Source: Paramecium tetraurelia (lineage: Eukaryota). Taken from it: a stretch of DNA of 64,000 nucleotides. Under the pieces are notes generated by a model. It saw nothing but the letters and a program-made list of their open reading frames with translations, had not been told where the DNA came from and did no database searches. Both the position numbers and the translations under genes were made by a program. Position 1 is the first letter of the stretch, and each line of letters starts with the position of its first letter. Positions 41,200 to 55,410 of the stretch are shown here, piece after piece. Location: the NCBI GenBank assembly GCA_000165425.1, contig CT868429.1, positions 186,001 to 250,000 of the forward strand, read 5' to 3'.

Positions 41200-41670
41200 A
41201 TGTCAAAGAGAGGAAGAGGAGGACAAGTCGGTATTAAATTGAGAATCACACTCGCTTGCAACGTTGGTGCAGTACTCAACTGTGCTGATAACTCAGGAGC
41301 CAAGAATATCTATGTCATTTCTACTTTTGGAATCAAAGGACATTTGAGCAGATTACCCTCTGCATCCATTGGTGATATGGTCTTATGCTCAGTCAAATAG
41401 GGTAAGCCAGCACTCAGAAAGAAGGGTAACTCAAATTCACTATCATAGTTATGTAAGCAGTCGTCGTCAGATAAAGAAAGCCATACAGACGCCGAGAAGG
41501 ATATTACATTTATTTCGAAGGTTTGAATTTTGATAAATATCATAGACAACGCCGGAGTTATCATCAATCCTAAAGGTGAAATGAAAGGATCCGCCATCAC
41601 AGGTCCAGTCGGAAAAGAAGCTGCCGATTTATGGCCAAAGATTGCATCAGCTGCTGGTTCAGTTCTTTGA
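41200..41670 (+). CDS. RPL23: 60S ribosomal protein L23 (uL14)
   Basis: MSKRGRGG...CADNSGAKN...[19 protein letters not shown]...[37 protein letters not shown]; introns 41426-41448 and 41521-41545. Confidence 0.98.
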
Positions 41671-42260
41671 TAAACTTGCAATATATTCAAGTATATTAAT
41701 AAACAAACATTTTCTCATTTTTATAATCCCTAATTATTATTTTAATAATTATATATGGATATATAATAATCAAAACAATCTATATTTTTAATGATTTCAT
41801 TAAAAGATTAGAGTAAATAAAAGAAATATTATTATCCAAGAATACAACACATATTTTATCTAAGATTGATATGATAAGAAAATTATTTTTACCTAATGTG
41901 ATTTCTCTTCTTATTTAATGTCATTATCTTGAAATATCCAATAATACCAATTAAATCCAGAAGAATTATCATATCAAATTCATTTTACTAATCAATTAAA
42001 CTCATTTATTACTTAAAATTTATATTATATTTGAATAAAATTTTTATTTTTCTATTCATTGATAGATATAAAACTTTGTCTAATAATACCCTAACCATGT
42101 TAGAAATATCTGAAATATACCTTAATATATCGATAATTCAATAATCAAAGAGAGAATCTATAAGTTTTGATGAAGATTTGTATAGATATAATTGACATTT
42201 ATAATATCAATTTCTATAGTATTTATGAAGTGTGATAAAATTATAAATACACATCATTAC

Positions 42261-42866
42261 TCAAATATTATCCTATGACCTAGAAGAGAATATTCTATTT
42301 AAGACTCCAACCTACGCTTTTCTTTAGAGGAAAGTTCTTCCTTATGATTGAGAGGGTCTTAAACTTTGAGATGAGCTTTTATTCTATTATATTTCCGACG
42401 ATTTTCTTTCAAAATTAAAAGGATTAAGCAATACTCTTATGTTTCTTCTACATTTTTCAGGAGTTGATTATTTACTCTATTCGTTAAATAGAAGTTGAGT
42501 AGATTGATTTTTTGGAAATAATAGTCTTTATTAAACTCCGAGAAGCGACTTTAAGGGTGTTTGAATTTTGTTTGATTTTTACGAGGACTTTAAGAGATGG
42601 AGATTGTTAAAATTTTGGTTTATCTAAAGAATATTTGGTTGACTATTATATTTGAGAAGTTGTTGCTAAACTATTTAATCGAAGTCGAATATTTCTTGCT
42701 AACTTAGCTTCCTACTGAATGTAGGAATGGAAAATTCATTCACCATTTATTCATCCACAATTGGTTGTAATTTTTTAATTGTTCTCTATTTTAGAATTTT
42801 TCTGCCTGGATTGAAAAACTAGGCAGTTTACTCCATCTCCAATTAATTTAGAGAATTGTTCATCAT
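42261..42866 (-). CDS. Hypothetical protein (~200 aa)
   Basis: ATG-to-TGA open frame in ciliate code; no known motif. Confidence 0.5.
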
Positions 42867-43455
42867 ATCAACTTTATATAATATAATTTATTATTAAATT
42901 ATTAACAAAATATATACTAAAAAAGTACAAAATAATATTCGTTTTAATTGAATTTAAAGAAATTAGTGAAGCTTGCTAGCAACCGATGAATATTTGAACT
43001 GTATTCCTCTTCAAACCACAAAAAGTATTTATTATTCATACTAAGTAAAAAGAAAGTCTGTATGTAAAAAGATTAAAATTTTATTTACATAAATTCTTGT
43101 CTTTAGAGAATTTATCAATCTGATACTTATTACAAGTCTTAATTACTTTAAGAAAATCCACAATTTGCAAAGCAGTTAGAATAGGAAATTTATCAGTTTA
43201 GGGATTTCAATATTTATAATAGGTTTTAGCACGCATCAAAAAGTAACGTTTCAAACTGTTGAAACAAATATAAATTTATTGTCTTAACTAAGTTGTATTA
43301 AAGAAATATACGATACAAATTAGATAAGTTTTAAGGCAGGCCAAAACAAATAAAGTATATATGCAATTATTATTATTAGAAAAATCCAGTAAAATTATTG
43401 AAATGCTCAAAATAAAAATTACATAATCTATATAACAACTGATATCTAAGATTAA

Positions 43456-44818
43456 TCATGGGTTTTATAAATGAGTTTAGATTACTTTGGTAGCTTTTAA
43501 TTCTTTTTCAACAAAGTCGTAATATAATCCAAATGGTTTTTAAAGACTTTAACCAAACATACGTAGTTCTTAGATGACTTCATCAAAGCTCTCACAATAT
43601 AAATATGTTGGTTGGACTATCTAAGTAGGATATGTTCTGTCAGCATGGATAAATGGATCAAATTTTTCATAATTTGCAATATGAAAATTCTAAATTTTAT
43701 TTATTAAGAATTACATCGAGTTCCCCGGTTGAACTAGCGATTCCTGCTCCATACCCTTTAATTTAACCATTTTCCTTGCAAGCCCCAAACTCCAGAGTAA
43801 ACCAATACAAAGTTCCTAGTCTTGATAAATCTTTCTGTTCAACTCCACAGGATAAAATTCCTATTTCTTAGGATAGATCAGCAATTTCTTTATCAGCAAA
43901 TAATGGTATATGACCCTTTTGTTAGAATATATATGATACCACAACTTCATGAATCAAGTCTGGTTCCGGAGAATATTCTGGATAGGCATGATGTCTGATA
44001 TATTGAGTACAACAGAAGACTCTGTGAGCGAGAGCATTGAGAAATTCTCTTTGGCTTAGGATTCCATGAGTAGCCTTGATTCTAAAGCCTGTTTCAGCTC
44101 TCAAATAGGCATCTATGTCATTAAGTTAGGGGACTTTATATTTAAATCCTAAAGCTTTTTCAATCTTCTCTAAATTTTTTAAATATCTTTTAGCCAACAA
44201 AGGGTTTCCTTTCTCTCTTAAAATTGAGTATATCTTTTTCCAAGTGGCTTCCTCCTGTTAAGTGTAATCAATTGATGGGATTTTTTATCCGAAGACGTGT
44301 TGTTCTGAGATTTTGGCAATCTATTCTCTTCTTTCTCTGTACTCTTAATCTGTAAACTGAGGATGGTATTGATTATTTTCTTCGTTAACTACCATTAGAA
44401 GTCCAACTACATTAATTTATTCAAATACGTGACTTTACATCATTCTCGTCTCTTGGGAACCATGGAACTATTGGAATTTTAGAGTTTTTATTGGTTAAAA
44501 CTTCGTCTCGTCCATTTTATAATTCTTAATACAACTTATTAAATTTATATGAATCTCTTTCCTCAACTGTTAACTTTAGTATTAACCTTTAGTCCCTACG
44601 ATAATGAGTTGATATTACTTATCTGTTCGGTTTAATTTCATTGTCTGAATGTCTGAAAGCTTAATTTTGTGAGTTGAAAACGACTCATATATGTGTTTGA
44701 GACTCTAGCAATAATCATTAGTAATGATTTAAATATCTTTGAGGTAATCTATATGGAAGTTTCGTTTTGGGTATAAGGATGAAAAATTTCTTCTAGAGAA
44801 CAGAAGTTTATGTAACAT
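43456..44818 (-). CDS. PAH: Biopterin-dependent aromatic amino acid hydroxylase (phenylalanine 4-hydroxylase-like)
   Basis: PWFPR, HPQFTDQEYRERR, FCCTQYIRH..P.YSPEPDLIHEVV|GHIPLFAD, YWFTLEFG, GAGIASS; iron ligands His/His/Glu are present. Confidence 0.93.
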
Positions 44819-45209
44819 TAAAAATAATTCGTTTTAATTTTTCAAATTCAGTTAAAATACTAATATAATATTTTAAAATTATTAACAATGTCTGTTTAAT
44901 TTTCAAAATTGAAATAATTATCATTTAATTAAAAGTATATTTAATTCTATATTTAGTCTTCTTTTTACAAAAGTTGATTTATAATATCAAGAAGTACTTG
45001 AGTGTCTCAATTGCAGAAATTAAATATCTACATCTTTTCTCGGTTCCAGTTAAGTACTATATTGTATCTATATCCTATTTTTCATATTAATACAAAATCA
45101 ACCCTAAAAGTTATTATTTTATGTTTCCACACATCAATTCAGTATAAACTAATTAATTTTTTGTCTGATTTTATAAATAACATCATTATTAAAATAATTT
45201 TAATATCAA

Positions 45210-45900
45210 AGTGACTTTTTTTCAAAGGCTTTCAAAAAATATAGCAGATCCCTGCATTCTATTTGAAGAAGCTCAATATATATATACATAGGCTGCATTC
45301 TACTGTCTATCTGCACAAATAAGTGGGTCAAACATTTCCAAGACGATTCTACATATATAAATTTTAAAAAGTCTATACATAGCATTCTTTAAATGAACTA
45401 ATCATGATACTAATTTATTTTTTTTAATTTCAAATATAATTACCCTTGAGGCATGTCTTTTAATAGGTTCTATCTTCTAAATATGTAGAACTGATATAAG
45501 GAACCAGCTCTCGAATAAGTTGAACTTCAGTTACATAAATTATTCATTCTATTCTTTATTCAACCTCTTAATCGTTTTAATTGAAGATAGACTTAAGTGC
45601 TTTCACCTTTAACTTCGATAACGTTCTCAACTTCACAATTCATTACTCAATTATTTATTTCAGATCCCAATCAGTTCTAGAATTAAATGAGATAACAAGA
45701 ATTTAGTAATTCATTACATCACAATATCTTCTATAGAGATCATAGGGTATTTCATTGACTTTATAAAATCTAACATCTCCCATTTTTATTTTATGACAAT
45801 ATTCTATCACCTCAAATAATTAAAGTAGAAATGGTTTGCCTTAAGAATCAATTTCAAAGTTATCTACATCACAAGGTTGTTATCTTAATTGCATAGTCAT
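45210..45900 (-). pseudogene. Possible decayed gene, weakly small-GTPase-like
   Basis: ATG at 45900; GKPFLLQLFE and ILVISF...IIEQ*IVKL with in-frame TGA stops. The similarity is weak. Confidence 0.25.
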
Positions 45901-46022
45901 TATATGAAAAATTTCAATTAATATTAAATAATTATGAAGTATTAAATAAATTATTTTTTTGCTCTTAATAATATTAAATTTTTATTACTAAATATTTTAT
46001 AAATTATGTTCATTATTGAGAT

Positions 46023-47762
46023 TCAAGACTAATTATTCAAATTAGAGATGACTTTAAATTTTTAATCTAATAGTTTTCCTTCAAATTATCCTCTAAAAGC
46101 TATATTGAAGTATTTCCAGTTGTATCCTAATTATTTGGTAATAAATTTACATTTAACTTTGACGAATTAAACTGAGAAAACTTTTAGGTATCTAATATTT
46201 ATTTAAATTTGCTAATAATTTGATATTGTGGCAAAAAATGAGATTATGGACGCTCATCTTCATCATCAACAATATCATTTTCACTGTTATTCAATTCCTT
46301 TAAAGAATAAATATTGAGCTAATCTTTTATTTACTTAATATCATTAAAATAAGTACTTATTTATTTTCTTAATGTTTTCTTGATTCTTCTAATTATTTAA
46401 AATTTTGATTTATGCTCTAAAAAGGTAAATCCCTTAAACTAGATTTCATTGTTGAACATTTTGGATCCTATGGATTGTAATTTAATTCATTGTATCGACT
46501 TTAACTCAAATTCAATTCAAACCATTTATGTCTCAAAGCTAAACGAGCAGTAGGTCGAAATTAGGGATTTTAGTGCAAGAGTTATTTCAACAAGGATTAC
46601 CCATCTGTAGAAATCGAATTTTCAATTGACTTATAATCAACTTAACAATGATAATTTTTCATCACAATATCATCATACTTCTACCCTTTAAATGGTGACC
46701 TCCCTGCCAAAAGAACGAACATTAAACAACCCACACTAAAAATATCTATTTTAAAATCATAGGTTTCGTCATGTAATACTTCAGGGGCTACATATCCAGG
46801 AGTTCCACATCTTGTAAATAGATATTTGCCTTTTATTGAATAATAATCTGCCAAACCGAAATCTGTTATCACAATATCATCCAAGATTCCTTTACTCCTC
46901 AAAATCATATTTTCTGGCTTAAGATCTCTATGTAAAATATTAAGTTTTTATAAATAATCCAATGTATTTAAAACTGTTGCTATAATTCTAGCTACTAATT
47001 TCTCAGGAAATGTTTAATTATTCTAAATATGGTGATATAATTCTCCCCCTTCCAAATAATCTAATACGAAATAAATATTTATTTCATCTTCGAAAACCTC
47101 ATGCAATTTTATCACTCCTTCATGATTCAGTTTACGCATAATACTTATTTCTTTTAAAAGAGCCTATTTATCAATCTCAGAACTTCTCATTTTGTTTTTT
47201 TCAAAAACCTTAACTGCATATAGTTTCTGATTTTCTTTGTTCAAGCTTTAATAAACTTTAGCAAAGTTTCCTTTTCCAATAATCTTATTAAGTTCATAAT
47301 GCTCTGTGAATGAAGAAAGAAATGCTTCTTTTCGTAATTAATTCCATAATTACATATTTACTTCCTTTGATCTACTATAGAATTCTCGACATTGATTATT
47401 TCTTATCACTCTAAACCCATATTTTTCCTAAAAATTACTAAATCTATATACTTTATTAAAAATTTCTTTTTCTAGCTTGTTCTCATATTTCACCCTCTAT
47501 ATTCTGGACAAATTGAGATTAACAATGTGACATTGCTTAGATTGTGGCTAATATAGCACCATTTTGATACCTTTATTTTTATTAGATGTGATTCGTATAT
47601 CACATAATTTTTGCTTAGCCAAAATCCAGTTTTACAATTTTTTTTTTAAAGCAAACATTGGAATTCAATTTTTTTCTCATCAATACATTATGCTTGTTTT
47701 TTCCAAAATTTTTAATCAGATTTCTAGTCGTCGAAAAATGATTTTGATTATTTCCAATTCAT
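46023..47762 (-). CDS. CAMK-group Ser/Thr kinase with N-terminal PH-like domain
   Basis: IGKGNFAKVY, YAVKVF, HRDLKPEN, DFGLA, RCGTPGYVAPE, DIFSVG; 3' end approximate. Confidence 0.9.
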
Positions 47763-47849
47763 AAGAATAATTATATCAATTTATTATAATAGTCATTACT
47801 GTAAAGATCTATTAAATAATTGAGTAAATTTAAATTTAACACATATTTT

Positions 47850-48950
47850 AAAAATGGTGTTTTACAATTCTTGTAATAGATATTAACATTTTCTTTCATA
47901 ATTAATTTAAATTGCAGCACTTTTGCTTGTACTAATGCAAATTCATTCGGTTAGCTATGAGTTAATTATTTTATCTAATTTATTTTTCCATAACACATTT
48001 CCTACCATTTCTGAAATATTAGTAATTGCTTTTAATAACCCTTCATGATGCAACAAATGAGAAAGTGTTAACCTAATTGTTTTATTTATTATTTGTCCTT
48101 TTTAAATAAATTAGTCCAATATTTTAAAGTATGGCGTGGTTTTGACTCTCTTCTCAAATTTACTTCCTTTGAAATTCCAAAAGTCCTAGAAAATGTAAAT
48201 ATTCTCATTTCTTAAGCCATAATTTTAACTTAATAAATTTATATATTCAAATAAAAATAGCCTTAAAAATTAAGGTATAAGGCTCCTCTATGAAATTTAT
48301 AATAAATCCTACATAATTAATGCAAATAAATTGCTATTTTCTTAAATATTGGTTAAGAACATCTTTTTGTCTAAAAATTTCAAGAATTATATCATTGTTA
48401 ATAGAAATTAATAAAAATATACTGTAAAGATCATCAAAAAAGAGTTTTTAAGTTTTTCTCATTAATATTGATATGAAGAATAAATTAAATATAAAAAATT
48501 CTACCATTAAGCACATTGAGATATTTATCTCAAAGAATCACTAAAATTAATATTCTAGTTTTATATAAATTGGATCTATCAAACTAAGAAACAAAGAGAT
48601 AGTGCTTAGAAACAGAAGGAAGGCTGAATAATGAGAGTCAGATTGTTAGAATCAAAGAGTTGACTTTTCATATAATTACAACTTAAGGATTTTAATGGTA
48701 TTAATAAATAAAAGTTGATTCTATTTAAAATTAGAAGAAAAACTATGATTTAAATAAAAAAATAAGGGATATGATTGGTGTACCATAGATTACGATAATA
48801 TTATGTCTAAGCATTTATTCTAAAAATAAAATTAATGTATTATAAACAACAGTTTTTAATTTCTGGATTGTACAATTAAGTAGAGAATACTTAAATAATA
48901 TTTAAGTATTTAGGATCTATTAATTACAACTTATTTATGCATGATAGAAG
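47850..48950 (-). pseudogene. Possible decayed gene remnant
   Basis: Coding-like fragments (DFWNFKGSKFEKRVKTTPYF) interrupted by TGA and frame changes. Confidence 0.25.
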
Positions 48951-49041
48951 GATTTATATTTATAATTTTATTTGAAGGACTGATAATAATTAACATAATT
49001 TATTTATTTACTAATGTATTCATCTTTAAACATATAAGTTT

Positions 49042-49743
49042 TCAAATCTTAGAAAAGTATATTATTATTAATGTTAATTGAACTGCTATGATTAGAGTGG
49101 AGACTATAATCCATTTTAAATATGTGATTCTTGAATTAGGATATCCATAAAATTATTCCTTTAATATTTAATTATAGATTGTATATTTAATTTTATTGTT
49201 TCCATTAGATCTATTTTTAATCATTTCTTTAACTTTAGTGGAAAAGTGTAAGCCTTCATTTTCTTTAATCTCCATATCAAAGAGGACATAATTTTTTTTC
49301 ATCATTTCGCAAAGGTCTGAATTTTCAACCATATTTGCAAATGGATCCAAAACCTAACCTAATCGATGTATTATTAAATGCTTACCTATATTTTATTAGA
49401 ATATCGAATAATTTTAGATTAATCTAAACCAGGCAGCTAAAAGGAAGAGATAATAAAATAGATTGATGATAGGAAGTAAAATCAGAATTAAAAAAAAGAC
49501 TACTCTTCCCAAATTATTTCTTACATAATTATGAACGAATTGAACAACTTTACTTTATTTCATATATTATAAAGTTATTCCATCAACTTTGTTATCATCT
49601 AAATTATACACTTTAATAAACTATGTTATTCTCTACACATTTACTTTATTATACAAAGTTATTGGGTCTTGAGTACATATCAGAATGTTGGATTCTTCTC
49701 CTTAATCAGTTAGCTGAGAATATAATTATTCCGACTTATCCAT
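49042..49743 (-). CDS. Hypothetical membrane protein (2-3 TM)
   Basis: MDKSEQLY...; hydrophobic VVFFLILILLPIINLFYYLFLLAAWF and a C-terminal TM; one 27-nt intron. Confidence 0.65.
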
Positions 49744-49864
49744 ATATATGCACTTTTAATTTAATATTATATTTCCACTATAATTAATATATTCTATAAT
49801 TTGGTAATACGTTCAAATAATATTTCATTAATTTAAATCATTGTTGCATAATCTATCGAAATCC

Positions 49865-50817
49865 TCAAGCTAAGTGAGTAGCAACTCTCATATAAAGTTA
49901 TATCCATGTGGGAGTGAAGTTTTTTATAAATTCTCCTATTCTTAACTTTATTTGGAATTTTGTAAGTTTTGGATTCAAAGGACTTGAGAGCAAATGTAGA
50001 TAAATAATTAAAAATTGAATTTAAGTTGATTTGGAATCTTAAACTGAATTTAACTAAATATTAAATATCAAAAGAAATTATTCATTTACTTAATTATCTG
50101 AATCTGGAATCATGAATTGAATACTTCTTATAATTTATAGGAATCAAGATTTGACAGCTTAAGTGATTTATAAACTCTATAAATAGAATTTGAGATCAAA
50201 TCATATCAAATCAACCCAAAATTAGGAATAAATAAATTAGTTAATGATAAAATAACTTCATTTTCTTGCTTAATTCTTATTGAAAGTATGTCAAAAAGAA
50301 CTTTTATCTATAAGGCTATAAAATTATTCGGATTAGGTAATTTTATTTGGATTATCTAGAATTGAATAAAATTAATCTTGTGATATTTATTCTTAAGAAT
50401 TTTAATATCTTTATTAATTCCAAATTAAATGATTAACATGGTTTTGATTATAATTGAATACTTCAGATTCTAAATGTTCTAGATTATTACATACTTAATA
50501 TTCTTCTGTAATCGGTTGTAATTGATTTCTAATATTATTATCTTTGGAGTAGTATTCCACTTTGTTATTGGTATCACCTAAACTTGACTAATATAAAATC
50601 ATACTTTGGTATTATGCACTTTTTTAAATTCTTTTTCAGATTCGGCTCTTCTATTAAGAAATTCAATTTTGGTAATCACAGGAGTCGATGAACAAGAATG
50701 TAATGTTAAGGGTTATTTTAATGAGAGATCATCAATGGGTTATAGTTCTAAAGATGAAATTAAAGGTCTTCTGATATGTGGTCTAATCATTCCTCCTCTA
50801 TAAAGTATTTCAATCAT
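49865..50817 (-). CDS. Hypothetical protein
   Basis: MIEILYRGGMIRPHIRRP...; coding-like frame in ciliate code; exact exon structure uncertain. Confidence 0.5.
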
Positions 50818-50921
50818 TTTTAATAGGTAACTTCATAAACTTCATTAATTGATTCTAAAAGCTTATTTAGACATAAATTCCTTAATTAATAAAATTAACT
50901 GCAATTTATATTAACTGCTAA

Positions 50922-52169
50922 ATGTCTGATACTGAAAGTGAATTATTGGAATGTTGTAAATGCGGAGCATAAGTCGAATAAATTCTATCACTTTAATGTG
51001 ATCACAATTTGTGTTTGAATTGTGCAGCAAAGGCTGTATCAAAGTGGAACTAATATACTATGTACCCTCCATTGATATGTTAAATATGTTCATCCAAAAC
51101 TTAATTGGATCCGTCTGCTGTATAAGTGTTATTGGAGATGAATCCATAATCCTCTTGTTGTTCTGATGACTACGAATAAAGAAGTGAAATATTAGAAACT
51201 AAATAATCCCAACAAATCTAGCAGACTGATTATCATAATTAATCATAATAATAATAACTTACAAACATCACTTGCTAGTAACATCTTACTGAAAGTTGTG
51301 TTTTGTATTGTTTTACTTGTGAAGCATAATGTTTCTGTATGGAATGTTATTTATAAGGATTGCATAAGAATCATGAGGTTAGAAATATATCGAAATCTTT
51401 CGATCTTATAAGAGAAAATGGAAATTAACTCTAGGTATCCTTGTAAAGTTGTTGTGAATATTTGTTACATGAACAATGCAAAATTGTGAACAAAAAATAA
51501 GACTTAGTAGACTTAGTAGGATAAGCAAAGATGTAGATCACTTCTAATTTTGAAGATATTTACAAAACATTAAAACTCAAAGAACAAGAGATGTTATAGG
51601 CTGCAGATGAGTTAGTAGCTGATAAACTAATTGAAATTGAAGGCTTAATGGCTAAAATTAAACTATAAACAGATCGCGTTAATCAATATAATGAATAGCT
51701 AGTTTCATTTTTTGGATCTAGCAACCCTAATGTTACATTATGTGTTGAGGCCTGCAATTATGTTGTAAAAGAGAAAAAGAAGATCCAGTACTTAATTGAA
51801 CAAGTTAGGCAGGAGAAAATAAGTCCCACTATTTAGGGGAAATTTTGTTTGGATTCTGGCTCAATATAATAAATGATCAACGATATGAGAGGAGTCAAAC
51901 TGTAATTGGTTTCTTTGAGGGGAATTGAATCTATTAATCCTACCTAAAGGGAACAATACATCTATTAGAAGGCGGTTGAAGATAAAACTAGAGATTCGAT
52001 GATTGGAAATAATTAGGTATTAAGAGAAGAAAAGGAGAATAACAACTCTATAAGCTTTATAGAACGATCTAGTTAGAAAAAATCATTAAAAACAAATGAT
52101 AACAGGGACTTTTATTCTAAATTTCATGAAGCTAAAAGATCGATAATGAACTAAAAGTCTTTCATTTGA
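50922..52169 (+). CDS. RING-like + B-box zinc finger + coiled-coil (TRIM-like) protein
   Basis: CCKC...LQCDHNLCLNC, then CQQH....LYCFTCEAQCFCMEC..G.HKNHEV, then a coiled coil. Confidence 0.8.
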
Positions 52170-52570
52170 TTAACTTAATACTTATTATTAATTTATTACA
52201 TTTATTTATAATCTATCAAAGTTAATTGATATCATTTCTTTTATGATTATAAATTATATATTTTTGGGAATTATGATTATAGAGCCAAATTCAGGGGAAA
52301 GATAAAATTTTATTTCAATCAACAGAAAAACTATTATGAATTAAAAATTGATATTTGATGATAAGGAAAATAATTAATTTTGAATATAAGAGAATAATAA
52401 TATAATAAAAAACTTTGATAGAGTGAGATATTGATAAATATAGGCTAAATTACAACAGATGACAATACTAGCCTGGACTCTCCTCCCACGACTCAGGAGA
52501 ACCTCCTTAAATAACTCGTTGCACTTTATCTATAACTCACCACTCTATTTAACGTTAAAGAAGAACATAA

Positions 52571-52670
52571 NNNNNNNNNNNNNNNNNNNNNNNNNNNNNN
52601 NNNNNNNNNNNNNNNNNNNNNNNNNNNNNNNNNNNNNNNNNNNNNNNNNNNNNNNNNNNNNNNNNNNNNT
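52571..52670. other. Assembly gap (100 N)
   Basis: Run of 100 N. Confidence 1.
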
Positions 52671-53011
52671 GATTAAAATAATTAAATTAATTTTTTATTT
52701 ATGGAATCACGAGAATAGATTATTTAAAAAGAAGCTTAGATTTAATTATTGACGAAAGTGTTTAAATAGGATCAAACTTGTTTCAAGAAATGCATCAAGG
52801 TAGCAGAGAAAAGATTAACAGAAGATTAAGAAAAATGCTTAAGTAAATGCTCAATTAATTTACAAAAGAAATTTGCAACAATAAAGTTTAAGTAGCTTAT
52901 GATTTTTTACATAAATTAAACGATAAAGTATTAGAATGAACCATACATATTTATGACAAATTTAGTATATACCTATCTCATAATAACTATATTAATATTA
53001 ATAAAATTTAA

Positions 53012-54458
53012 TCAAAAATCAAAATTTTTTTTAGTTTGCTCTCTCTATGCGAGTGGTTAATCTGGAGTAAAGTTTAATTTTTTATTAAATCCCAAGGTTT
53101 AAACTAAATTATATTTCTTCTAAGATTTGGATTCAATTTAGCGATCAGAATCAAGTAAATTCTTTTTCGTTGGAGTAATTTACTAACTCATTGAAGTTGT
53201 TGGCTTTGAATTTGATTAGTCTTATATTGTTTATTAAGAATTTTAAGATTTAAAAGTGTATCCGTTAAAGGCCTCTTAAATGGAATCTCTTTTCAAAAGT
53301 TCTGCATTCTATTTAGCTGAAGCCTCGTCTTCAGGGTCTTAAAGATTGGCAAACTTTTAATCAAAATTATCGGAACTTGACTAAAATCTACTTTATTACT
53401 AAATTACATTAATTTTATAAGGAGGTTATTTTAATTGAGTTAAATAGTCATCCCATTTGATATTCTTAAACCAAGGATGAGCAAATACTTCTTCAGGGCC
53501 ATAAAATCCTAATCTATTTACTGGTTTTCTTTAGATCATTTAATTAATAAAATCAGCAGCCTCATCAGACCAGTCTATTGGTTTATAATTAGCCTTAATT
53601 GTAACTTATTTAGACAAAATTTAGTCTCTAATCTCTTTTCTGGTTTTACCCAAATATGGTCTCTATTTTAGGTTTATACATTACTTTTCCCATCATACAT
53701 TCGTAAGCTATTACTCCAACTGCAAAATAATCCACTGCCACCCCATGAACTTATCTGCACATAACTTCAGGAGCCATATACCCAGGTGTTCCACTAGTGT
53801 CTCCATCATTTCCTGGTTTCCATATTCTTGCAATACCAAGATCTGTCAATTTCAAATAACCTAAATAGTAAATTTACAATAATATACCATTTTTATCAAA
53901 GACTAAATTTTCAGGTTTAATATCTCTATGTATAACAGTGCTATTATGAAGATATTCTAAGGCCAAAAGTATGCAGATGACAAAAAATTCTAGTTTAATC
54001 AAAATACCTCTTTACTTGTCTATTCTTCATTAAACGTCCTATTTTTACAAAGATGAAATCTAAGGTCTCCTCCAGTCATAAGATCCATAACTAAATAGAG
54101 ACTTTCTCGATCTTGAAATGCTGTGTGCATATTTACTAAAAATCTAGTTATACATATTTTATTACGGATGTCTGAGATTGCTTAATAAGTATCTCTCATT
54201 CATCACCGAACCAATGCTTTTTTTATTAACAATCCTTTAAATAGACATTGAATAAACTAATACTTGCATTTCTACATTTCTTTGATAGCATATTGATGTT
54301 TAGTTTTCCTATGTTCAGCTCTCCAGACCCTCCCAAATCCACCTCTCCCAATAACATACAAAAAATTATATTCGCATTTATTAGGCACTAAGGTAAAATG
54401 AAGATTTACCTTTTATTTCTTTAACATTTAGATCTGGAGCATTATTGCAATTACCCAT
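53012..54458 (-). CDS. AGC-group Ser/Thr kinase with predicted N-myristoylation
   Basis: MGNCN start; [50 protein letters not shown]; six or more tiny introns. Confidence 0.9.
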
Positions 54459-54699
54459 TAAATAAATATATAAATATTTTATCGAGCTCATAATTAAAAT
54501 TTTGTATGAACTTTCACATTAATTTCTTTTTCTTTAATGATAACCTATTGTTGTAGTTATTAAATATCAAGAATATTTTTGACATATTTTTAAGTACCCA
54601 AAAGTTATATCAATTAGTTCTTTAGTCTTTCAAGTAATTATGCTTCTCTCTTTACGTATTCAAACGACTTAGTCATATCATAAACAGCTGTAAATATAA

Positions 54700-55357
54700 A
54701 TAACTTTAAATTATTACAATTCAAATTTTTTATAATGTTAGGTAAACAGTTACAATTATTCAATCAACTATTTAAATCTTATTATTATCCAAACTTGAAA
54801 ATACCAAGATCTAATTTATTTAAGATTAAAAATACTATATATAGCTGTATCAATCGTTTTTTTTCAAATCAAATGGTAAGACATGATGAACCAAGTATTG
54901 AATATGAGTTTACATAAACAATCTCTCTTCTCTGAATTCACCCAGAATTATTCTTCCAAAATTTACAAATATTTTTTTGTTATATACTTACTTAAAGTTT
55001 AGAATAAATTTTTAGAACTCAAATTAAAATCTGATATCTAAATTTAGAGGTAATTAACTTACAAGGAGGGCATTATAAGATTAATTAGATGAACCTTATT
55101 ATTCTTTTGTGGAAGCATTAGAAAATTAATTTTATTATTACACTTTAATATATTGACACAATCAGTAATAAATATATTCTGTTAATCGAGATTTTTTTGG
55201 AGAACTTAGATTTGTTTACTAAGTTCAGTTACTTTGATTTCAAAAAGCTCTACATCTATTTTCCTTCTCTTTCTTGAATCCCTAGCAGATTGTCTGTTCT
55301 TGGCCAATTTCATTTTATTGCTGTCATCCAAGCCTTGCTCTTCGAAATAGTATCCAT
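54700..55357 (-). pseudogene. bZIP transcription factor gene, apparently disrupted; 3' end uncertain
   Basis: KMKLAKNRQSARDSRKRRKIDVELFEIKVTELSKQIQVLQKNL is a basic region plus zipper. The candidate ATG at 55357 is 1 nt out of frame, and there are downstream TGA stops. Confidence 0.6.
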
Positions 55358-55410
55358 TTTCTTTTTCAAATTATTTCTTCGCTTTAAGATAGGCCTTTTA
55401 ACTAATATAG

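Noticed and set aside
52440..52570. Slightly GC-richer coding-like stretch next to the N gap (possible mobile element)
   Set aside because: Too short and truncated by the gap; no transposase motif or terminal repeat.
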